A DNA stretch of 62,260 nt from a virus. Lineage: Duplodnaviria; Caudoviricetes. The translations under genes were made by a program, and so were the position numbers. Positions 55,421-62,260 of this stretch are shown here, one piece after another; positions within the stretch are counted from its first letter, which is position 1; each line of letters begins with the position of its first letter. A model generated the notes under the pieces. It was given only the letters and a program-made list of their open reading frames with translations, had not been told where the DNA came from and ran no database searches. The stretch is from positions 1 to 62,260 of the IMG/VR virus record IMGVR_UViG_3300038429_000202. One strand, given 5' to 3'.

Positions 55421-57759
55421 TACGACCCCGGCTGTTCTTCGTAAGGCATCCAGAAAGTAAATCCGCCTTCGTAATTATCGTCTCGCTGATAGCCGAACTG
55501 GTGGCCTTGTTTGTCGATAAGCAAAACTTTTTCTCCGGGCTTCAATCGATACTTGTCTTTCAACTCGCGAACTTTCCGGTAACCGAACTCGTCGAGGTTG
55601 CCGTAACTTTTGTCTACTATCACTCGGTTTTCCTGATTATCAGCAGCGACTTTTGGAAAATCGCCGGGAGGAATTTCCTTGTTACGATAGGGACGTAGTT
55701 CGTCCAAGCTAAAGGTCGGAAGCGATCTCGTACTAGATGCAGGCGCATTGGCTTGGGCATACCTTGCTCCCGGACGAACAGGGTCTGGATCCGCATCCGA
55801 CATCACCCGCCCTTCATCCAAGCTAGATTGCTTGCCCGGAACGCGGTTCCCTTCGGCGTCATACTTGATGGTCTTGGTCGCCGAATTTTCCATCGGGTTC
55901 ACCGTCGCGTTTCCTGACGGCGGTGCTGGCGCAGTCGGGTCGATATCGTGCTTGTACTCGGCCTCCATCTGTTTGCGCATCTGCCCCGGTGACACGATCG
56001 CGAGCCGCATTTCCTGCTTCAGCACATCCACCACACGCTTGTAAGTCTCGTCGCTGACGGCGGTGTTCAGCATGTCGTAGGCATGCTTACGCACGAGGTC
56101 GGTCGAAATGCCGGTTGGCGAAATTGCGCGCACATAGGAGTTGACCAGTGTGTTGTTGGCCGACGCAAAAGCGTTCATGTCGGGATCGCTGGTATTCATC
56201 TCGAACGACTGTACCGCCTTGTTGAACGGCACGATGCGGGAACGCGGCAGTTTGGCCGACAAGTCGAGCGCGAGCTGCGCCTGATTGGTCGCTTCCCATG
56301 CCGCCGCGCCCATCTTCATTTCCTGCGTGGCTGATGCGCGCTCGGCCGCTTTCAGGCCCTGATAACGGGCGTTGAGGAAAGCAAGATCGGCAGGCTTCTG
56401 CCCCTTGGCTTCCATCACGTCATAGGCAGCCTTGCGAACAGCCAACACGTTAGCGGCACTCTGCGCGCCGCGACCGATATTGGTTAGCACCGAGGTGTCC
56501 CCGGTCGCCAGCTGCTCGCCGAATTTCTTGACGTCTTCCGGCGACAGCGTGGGCTGCGTCTGCCGTTTCTTCCACTCAGCCTCGGCTTCATTCAGCGTCT
56601 GCCACTTGCCGTCCGTCTTGCCCTCGTTCTGGATTTCCTTGATCTGGGCAATCTTCAACTGCGAGCTGTTTCTCGGGTCTCCGGCCGCCACTCCTCCCTT
56701 GGAGCCAGCAATCAGCCCGAACTGCCCCATCAGCTTCGCGTTTTCATCCGGCGGAATTTGCTCCCCCGGATGAGCCTCCTGCCACTGTTTGACCGCAGCA
56801 TTGTATCCTTCCTGATTCGGAGCGTTCTTGCTGAAGTCCTGATATATTTTCGCTAGTCCTTCGGCAAAACCGTTCGGCTCCTGCATCATGTGGCCGTTCA
56901 CATAACGCCCGGTAGCTTCTTGCAAAGCCGTCCCGGGTTTCTCGTTGCTGTAAATGCGATGAATTGCTGCTGCGAGCATGACTTTATCGGTCGCCGGATC
57001 ATCGGTCGGCGTGAACCCCTTCTTGACGGCATCGACCGCCGCCTTCTTGAAAGCGTGCTCGTCATTTGCCTCGTCAGCCTTTCGCGCGTTGTCCATCGAC
57101 TTCGCACGGGCATCCAGCAGCTCGTAAAGTTCCTTGGGGTGCCCCTGCTCGGCAAGAAACAAGGCTTCTTTGTCTCCGAACCGAACCGCAGCATTGTGGA
57201 ATTTCGCCGCTGACGCCGTCGCATCCGCCGAAGCAAGGCTGAGTGCATCGCTGTAGAGTTCGTGCTGGGTCTTGAAGCGCTGCTCAGCGAGCTTGAAATT
57301 CTCCTTGTACGACTCGTAAGCGCGTTTATATGCCATTTCGTTACCGCTCTGGATAGCCGTAATAGCACCGGCCATGCCGTTGATGGCATTCTCCATCGGT
57401 GCTTTTGTAAATGCACTCGCCACCATGGCAAATAAACCACCAGCTGAGCCGAAACCTTCGATCGGGTTGCTCTCGTATTTTTTGTGCTCCTTGTCCGCAT
57501 CCCACGGCTTCATGTTGGCAATTTCAGCGGCCGACACGCCTTCGGACTTGAACATCTGGTCGCGCAGCGCTTTGTCTTGGGCCTGTTGACTATCAGCCTC
57601 ATTGGCCAGCCGGGTATCAGTCGCGACTTTCTCGCGCCGGATATTGGTCAGTCCCGAGACAAGTCCCGCAACAGACTTGTCATCCATCGGCGGCACGAGA
57701 TCGGCCATCGCGAGCGAGGGCTTGTCGGCAGCGGCATCCTGGGGCTGTACGTCTGCCAT
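55420..57759 (-). CDS. DNA ejection / internal virion protein with an appended C-terminal domain
   Basis: 779 aa, helical; middle of the three ejection genes. Confidence 0.7.
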   Translation of the reverse strand: MADVQPQDAAADKPSLAMADLVPPMDDKSVAGLVSGLTNIRREKVATDTRLANEADSQQAQDKALRDQMFKSEGVSAAEIANMKPWDADKEHKKYESNPIEGFGSAGGLFAMVASAFTKAPMENAINGMAGAITAIQSGNEMAYKRAYESYKENFKLAEQRFKTQHELYSDALSLASADATASAAKFHNAAVRFGDKEALFLAEQGHPKELYELLDARAKSMDNARKADEANDEHAFKKAAVDAVKKGFTPTDDPATDKVMLAAAIHRIYSNEKPGTALQEATGRYVNGHMMQEPNGFAEGLAKIYQDFSKNAPNQEGYNAAVKQWQEAHPGEQIPPDENAKLMGQFGLIAGSKGGVAAGDPRNSSQLKIAQIKEIQNEGKTDGKWQTLNEAEAEWKKRQTQPTLSPEDVKKFGEQLATGDTSVLTNIGRGAQSAANVLAVRKAAYDVMEAKGQKPADLAFLNARYQGLKAAERASATQEMKMGAAAWEATNQAQLALDLSAKLPRSRIVPFNKAVQSFEMNTSDPDMNAFASANNTLVNSYVRAISPTGISTDLVRKHAYDMLNTAVSDETYKRVVDVLKQEMRLAIVSPGQMRKQMEAEYKHDIDPTAPAPPSGNATVNPMENSATKTIKYDAEGNRVPGKQSSLDEGRVMSDADPDPVRPGARYAQANAPASSTRSLPTFSLDELRPYRNKEIPPGDFPKVAADNQENRVIVDKSYGNLDEFGYRKVRELKDKYRLKPGEKVLLIDKQGHQFGYQRDDNYEGGFTFWMPYEEQPGS

Positions 57760-57927
57760 TTTTAATACTTGCTTTCGTAGTACATTTGTCTGGCTTCTGC
57801 CTTAGTCATTCATAAAATCGCTCCTCGGAGATGTTATGAGCACGTCGAAATCGCTCGTCTAAATAAGCAAGAATCGCTAATGGCATTAGCGCAAGCGTCA
57901 CCAAACCAAAAGCTTCCAAAAAAACTG

Positions 57928-58146
57928 TCATCGCAGCAAAACCTCATCTTTTAAGCAACTTTTCAGCGTACCAACGTGTACCCATATCTCAGTGCCGTCC
58001 GTAAAATATACGTGCAGGTTATTCCGATCGCCGAAAGCGAACTTTTTTATTACTTTGCCTGCGGGTGCCTTATAGATATCTTCCCCGATGCCGTTTAAGG
58101 TCGGAGATTTGTCGGCTGCGGCATCCTGGGGTTGTACATCGGCCAT
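57928..58146 (-). CDS. Moron protein sharing a 13-aa N-terminus with the ejection protein
   Basis: MADVQPQDAAADK; lower GC. Confidence 0.6.
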   Translation of the reverse strand: MADVQPQDAAADKSPTLNGIGEDIYKAPAGKVIKKFAFGDRNNLHVYFTDGTEIWVHVGTLKSCLKDEVLLR

Positions 58147-58149
58147 CTA

Positions 58150-58338
58150 TCACGTCGCCAGACTTGCCAACGCATTATTAAATAGTTTATCTTCGAGCTC
58201 ACCTATCGACGCTTTGATCGCTTCGGTTTGCTGCCCTGCCAAGATGCACTGTCCGTAAAACTCGTTGTGGATAACATCGACAGCTTTCTTCAGATCAACA
58301 AGCCGAAGATACAAAGCATACTGAATGTGCTTTTCCAT
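58150..58338 (-). CDS. Moron hypothetical protein
   Basis: AAGGG RBS; lower GC. Confidence 0.55.
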   Translation of the reverse strand: MEKHIQYALYLRLVDLKKAVDVIHNEFYGQCILAGQQTEAIKASIGELEDKLFNNALASLAT

Positions 58339-58350
58339 GATTGCCCTTGC

Positions 58351-58376
58351 CTTTGTACTACCTTTGTACTACCTTT
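58351..58376. repeat. Tandem 11-bp repeats CTTTGTACTAC in a divergent promoter region
   Basis: Two full copies plus a partial one; overlap TTGCCT-N17-TACCTT. Confidence 0.7.
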
Positions 58377-58411
58377 GGGGTACTATGACAGTCCCGCGCA
58401 GGAGGATACCA

Positions 58412-58576
58412 ATGATACCGATTCTACTGCTTACTAACGCTTCCACTTTAGCACTGCTTTCCATCTTAGCCTATTCAAACTACCGACTACTAAAAAACGC
58501 AAAAGACACTGTTAAGTTCTACAAAAAACTCAGAACCGATTTTCCTCCTTCATCACTTATCACGGCGCCGAACTAA
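58412..58576 (+). CDS. 54-aa N-terminally anchored membrane protein
   Basis: AGGAGG RBS; hydrophobic N-terminus and basic tail. Confidence 0.6.
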   Translation: MIPILLLTNASTLALLSILAYSNYRLLKNAKDTVKFYKKLRTDFPPSSLITAPN

Positions 58577-58578
58577 TT

Positions 58579-59877
58579 TTACCCGCCGGTGCTGATCGTG
58601 ATGCCGCCGGCGCTGTTCTGCGACTTGCCGTTAAGCGCGGCAGCCAGCGTAGCGATCGCCTTGCCGGTATTGGCCGCCTGCGTGGTGTCGTTGGCGACCA
58701 GCGCCTGGAATAGCTGGCCGGACAGCCCGGCCGCCGTCGCGCCGGATTGAACTAGGCTGGTGCCCGACGAGAACAGCTGTGTTGCCACCTGGGTCTGCAT
58801 GCCCGCTCGCGAAGCATCGATCTTGGCCAGTGTCGCGGCCAGCGCAGTGTTTTGTGTCGGGTCGGTATTCTGCCCCTGCTGCGCCGCGTTCGAAATTGCC
58901 GAGGTCTTGGCATCCGCGATCGCCTGGTCGACCTGCTGCTGATAAGCCGGTGGCAGGGTACCGTTGGTCAGGTACTGCTGCAAGGCCTCACCGGACGCCA
59001 CCATCTGGTTCGAATTCGCGGTTGCCGCGTTGGCATCAGCCGTCAGCGCCTTCTGGTTGGCTGTGTTCTTTTGGCCCGAATAGATGTTGTAGCCGAGACC
59101 GGCGGCTCCCAGCGCAATGCCGAGCGGGTTGCTGGTGATGGAATTGCCTGCTTTCTGCAGCAACTGGTCGATCGACGAAGGCGGCGCAGCATTTAGCGGT
59201 GCGCCATTCAAAGACGTCGGGCCCTCCGCCCCTGGAATAGAGGCCGAAGACGTGGCATCCACGGGGGACGCTCCGGCAGGCCCGGCAATACCCGCTGCAC
59301 CACCAGAACCGCTCGGGATCGCGCTGGGGGTGGCTCCCACCCCGGACGTGCCGGTCAGCCCCGTGCTGCCTCCGGGGAGGGCGGTGCCTGTGCCGGACAA
59401 ATTGGTGGCGCTCGTAACACCACCGAGCGCCGTCGGCTGGGGGGTCGGTACCGCAGCCCCCAGCGCTCCCGGACCGCCGCCCGGTACGAGGTCGGCAATA
59501 CCGCTGGCTTGGCCGGTGGAAGCAGCTTGAGCGGCTGCCGCGTCGGCCGCCGCCCCGCCGATCGGGGTTGTAGCGCCTGCCGCCAGCCCGGTAGCCCCGG
59601 GAGCAGCCAGGAAATCGGCTGCGGTACCTGCGGCGCCCAACCCGGCCGTGCCCGCGGCGAGATCGGCAACCCCCAGCCCGGAGCCTCCGGCGAGAAGGGT
59701 GCCTTCAAGTCCCGTGGTGCCCCCCGCAAGGCCGGCGCCCGTGCCCACGATATCGGCGATCCCCGTGCCGGCTGCCGCTTCGCCTATGCCGGCTGCCGCC
59801 GGAGCGGCTGCTGCTCCGCCGATTCCGAGGAAATCGCCGATCGCCGGTGCAGCTGCTATCAGGGCATCGATTCCCAT
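58579..59877 (-). CDS. Gly/Ala-rich ejection (pilot) protein, P22 gp7-like position
   Basis: AGGAG RBS; composition; first of three ejection genes. Confidence 0.7.
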   Translation of the reverse strand: MGIDALIAAAPAIGDFLGIGGAAAAPAAAGIGEAAAGTGIADIVGTGAGLAGGTTGLEGTLLAGGSGLGVADLAAGTAGLGAAGTAADFLAAPGATGLAAGATTPIGGAAADAAAAQAASTGQASGIADLVPGGGPGALGAAVPTPQPTALGGVTSATNLSGTGTALPGGSTGLTGTSGVGATPSAIPSGSGGAAGIAGPAGASPVDATSSASIPGAEGPTSLNGAPLNAAPPSSIDQLLQKAGNSITSNPLGIALGAAGLGYNIYSGQKNTANQKALTADANAATANSNQMVASGEALQQYLTNGTLPPAYQQQVDQAIADAKTSAISNAAQQGQNTDPTQNTALAATLAKIDASRAGMQTQVATQLFSSGTSLVQSGATAAGLSGQLFQALVANDTTQAANTGKAIATLAAALNGKSQNSAGGITISTGG

Positions 59878-59886
59878 AGATCTCTC

Positions 59887-60417
59887 CTAGAGCGTGAAAG
59901 CGTATACCATATCCGATAGTTCCCCACCTAATCGCTCAAACAGGACGGCGTGCGACTGCCTCGCTTTGCAGCGCATGATGGCCATTTTCGCGCCTTTTTC
60001 CTTCATCGCCTGCTTAGCCTTGGCCAACAATCGGTAACCGATCAGCCCTTTGCGGTACTCAGGCAGAAGAAAGTGGATATCTTCGGTCGCCATGATTAGA
60101 TTGCGATAATGCAGGGCGCGACTTATCACCATGACGATGTAGCCGACCATGATGCCGCGGTCCCGCACCGTCATGACCCACAGCTTGCCGGTTTTCTCAA
60201 GAGCATCGTAGGTCTCCCAGTCCGGATCCAGCTTCTGAACACCCTTGAACTGGGCGATCTCGTCATAGTGCCGATCCAATAGCGGCAGCGCCTCGTCGCG
60301 CGTGGCGGCCAGCGTCTCGACCTGATAGGTGATCACCGGCTTCGCCCGCGTTTCGCCAAGGCGGTACAGCCCGCGAAACATCTCCGGATGGTCTTCTATC
60401 ATGCGGGTCAGGGTCAT
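59887..60417 (-). CDS. GNAT-fold protein
   Basis: EDIHFLLPEYRKGLIGYRLL...LFERLG. Confidence 0.8.
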   Translation of the reverse strand: MTLTRMIEDHPEMFRGLYRLGETRAKPVITYQVETLAATRDEALPLLDRHYDEIAQFKGVQKLDPDWETYDALEKTGKLWVMTVRDRGIMVGYIVMVISRALHYRNLIMATEDIHFLLPEYRKGLIGYRLLAKAKQAMKEKGAKMAIMRCKARQSHAVLFERLGGELSDMVYAFTL

Positions 60418-60893
60418 CAGATCCTCGCGTGGCTGATCTTGGTGTCAAACAGGCGGCCGATCCTCGCCTCGATCAGCGCCTTCGGCACGTCGGTGTCCTC
60501 GCAGGCAATCAGGCGCTCGGCACCCTGCCGTTTGCCCCACTGCTGCATCTCTGCGTAGAAATCGGCCGCGTTCTCGCACCATTCCTTGTTATTGCGATCC
60601 TTGATCCAGACGAATCGTTCCTGCACAACTTTCACCGGACGAATGCCGGGACTGTAGACCAGCTGCGCCAGTCCCACCGCGTTGTCCTGATACAGAAACA
60701 AATGCTCATTGCTGAAAAGTATCCCGCGCAAATAGCCGGCAATCGCATTGTCGGTCATGTCGGGGAATTTGGCGGTGAATCGTTTCATCAGCCACGCGCC
60801 ATGCTGGCTGAGATCGGCCAGTTCGAAGCGGCGGGTCGGTGCCGGGACGTGCTCGATTTCTTTTACCGCTGCTTCTGCCATGTTCACGTTCAT
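60417..60893 (-). CDS. GNAT-fold-like virion assembly protein
   Basis: MQQWGKRQGAERL; P22 gp14-like position. Confidence 0.5.
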   Translation of the reverse strand: MNVNMAEAAVKEIEHVPAPTRRFELADLSQHGAWLMKRFTAKFPDMTDNAIAGYLRGILFSNEHLFLYQDNAVGLAQLVYSPGIRPVKVVQERFVWIKDRNNKEWCENAADFYAEMQQWGKRQGAERLIACEDTDVPKALIEARIGRLFDTKISHARI

Positions 60894-61231
60894 CCTATGA
60901 GTAATATTTCCGACGCCTGAAAGTGTTCATTGCTATTCAGGAACACCCACGCCGTCAGCAGCTCGGGATTCTTCCATTCCACTCCGGTCAGATCCTGCCC
61001 CTGAATTCCCAGGATTTGATTTTGGTTATCATGCATAAGCTGGTGCTGGTATTCCCACTGGCCGGTGTCTTTCGGATCGATCGGGTCAAGGATATACTCC
61101 GGAAGGGCTATCTTTAGAAGCCTGTAAATTGCCGCGTTGATGTCGCGGTGATGCGCCATGTGCGAGAACGACCACGCCGCCCGCTCGTCATCGGTGCGCG
61201 GGACGTTGAAAAGGTTGGCCAGGCCGCTCAC
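60890..61231 (-). CDS. His-rich helical tail-module protein
   Basis: H..HH, H...H and N...H helices. Confidence 0.6.
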   Translation of the reverse strand: MSGLANLFNVPRTDDERAAWSFSHMAHHRDINAAIYRLLKIALPEYILDPIDPKDTGQWEYQHQLMHDNQNQILGIQGQDLTGVEWKNPELLTAWVFLNSNEHFQASEILLIG

Positions 61232-62013
61232 GGCAGCAGCCTCTCGGCTTTCCAGCGATAGATGCCGGAATTCGACGCCAAACTGGCCGAAGCCAGATTA
61301 AGTAGCCGGATGGTGACGGTGGCCACCGACGTCGTCGAACTTAGCGAGGCGAGTGGGGAGACATAGCCCTGATACGACACTCCGGCAGCGGCAACCGATG
61401 GCGGGCTAACCGCGATGAAGTCCCCCGGAGCAGGGAGAGCGCTCGCCGCGGCGGCGGCCAGAGCGGTCAGAGTGAAAGTCTGATCCTGCGCCGTCAGCCC
61501 CGGCGTCGCCGTGAACGTCAGCGTCGGACTATTGCCCGACAGCAGATTCGTCAGCGTCGCCCCGCCATTGACTTGCACCGATGAAGGGGAAATCGCCGTG
61601 CTGACGTTCGCGGTGGACGAGGTAAGATGGAAACCGCCAGCCCCGCTGTTCAGTTTCGAATCGTAACGCAGGCTGATCGCGTTGCCGATTATGATTTCAT
61701 TGCCCGTCAGAAGTGCTGGCCCGGCGAGTGTGTCCTTGTAGACATTCAATGCGCCGATCGAGCCCACCGTTGCCGTCGCGGCGCCGGTATTGGTCGCCGA
61801 AGCCACGCCGGTGAACAGCATGTAATTGCTGTAAGCGGCTAACGTCGCCGACGGCACCAGTCCCGCCGCATTCTGAGTCAGCGTCAGCGTATTGGTGCCC
61901 GCAATTGCGCAGGCAATAGTATCCGCAGCACTGAGAGTCGCGAAATTATTGTCCAGCGCCGACAATTGATCTGGGCCCGGGCTGTTTGCGAACTGGGTAA
62001 GGCTATAAGACAT
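61228..62013 (-). CDS. Tail fibre base / adaptor-like protein without a signal peptide
   Basis: LSALDNNF N-terminus; NTGAATATVGSIGALNV. Confidence 0.65.
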   Translation of the reverse strand: MSYSLTQFANSPGPDQLSALDNNFATLSAADTIACAIAGTNTLTLTQNAAGLVPSATLAAYSNYMLFTGVASATNTGAATATVGSIGALNVYKDTLAGPALLTGNEIIIGNAISLRYDSKLNSGAGGFHLTSSTANVSTAISPSSVQVNGGATLTNLLSGNSPTLTFTATPGLTAQDQTFTLTALAAAAASALPAPGDFIAVSPPSVAAAGVSYQGYVSPLASLSSTTSVATVTIRLLNLASASLASNSGIYRWKAERLLP

Positions 62014-62041
62014 TCTTTACCCTCGATTTCCGGCGATCGTA

Positions 62042-62260
62042 TCCTGAATCATCATCGACACAATCGCCATATCAGCGGCATTCGTCGAAATTGTAAACCC
62101 GGTCAACACGCCGAACTGATCAACCGCCTCGGAAGCCAGCACCGAATATCCCACGCCGCTGGAAAGCCATTGAATCGGTTGTCCCAGGTTATTCAGCCAC
62201 GTCACCACGGCTCCGAGATTGTTAACCCACTCGACAGCATTGGGAGTGGTTGTAACGGCG
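62042..62260. repeat. Terminal direct repeat (right copy)
   Basis: Matches 1-219. Confidence 0.95.

Noticed and set aside
57777-57784. A further GTAGTACA box
   Set aside because: Single copy inside a possible 15-codon mini-ORF; may be chance
58351-58385. CRISPR or mini-array
   Set aside because: Only 11-bp tandem units with no spacers and no cas operon; the Cas4-like nuclease is a normal replication-module gene
53372-59877. Tape measure protein
   Set aside because: No tail tube, sheath or chaperone genes; three large helical or Gly/Ala-rich ORFs fit podovirus ejection proteins

Overview
The window is an apparently complete ~62.0-kb tailed-phage genome. Bases 1-219 recur at 62042-62260 with 2 mismatches, giving a unit length of 62041 bp. 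It is GC-rich with a P22/podovirus-like structural layout: portal, scaffold, capsid, paired adaptors, nozzle and ejection proteins, with no tape measure or sheath seen. The host is probably an alphaproteobacterium (Hyphomicrobiales/Bradyrhizobium-like), which is inference only. The minus strand carries the structural, packaging, lysis and glycan genes; these include TerL with a LAGLIDADG intein, and two free HNH endonucleases sit in this arm. The plus strand carries PolA, a PD-(D/E)XK nuclease, VRR-NUC, an SNF2 helicase and a C5 methyltransferase; a Prim-Pol/VirE primase-helicase is on the minus strand. No tyrosine integrase, small terminase, tRNA or CRISPR array was recognised. The most notable observations are five. 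(1) Five fibre/spike-like late proteins carry Sec or Tat signal peptides, the Sec ones with paired cysteines, suggesting periplasmic maturation of virion appendages. (2) A plasmid R1-style antisense RNA / leader peptide / primase control cassette is present. (3) There is a four-enzyme glycan module with plant-like STELLO/RGP and GDP-mannose 3,5-epimerase homologues. (4) An ejection protein has a swapped C-terminal tip, and a small moron protein shares its 13-aa N-terminus. (5) A nested out-of-frame methyltransferase subunit is present. All product calls come from motif recognition by eye; no database searches were run.
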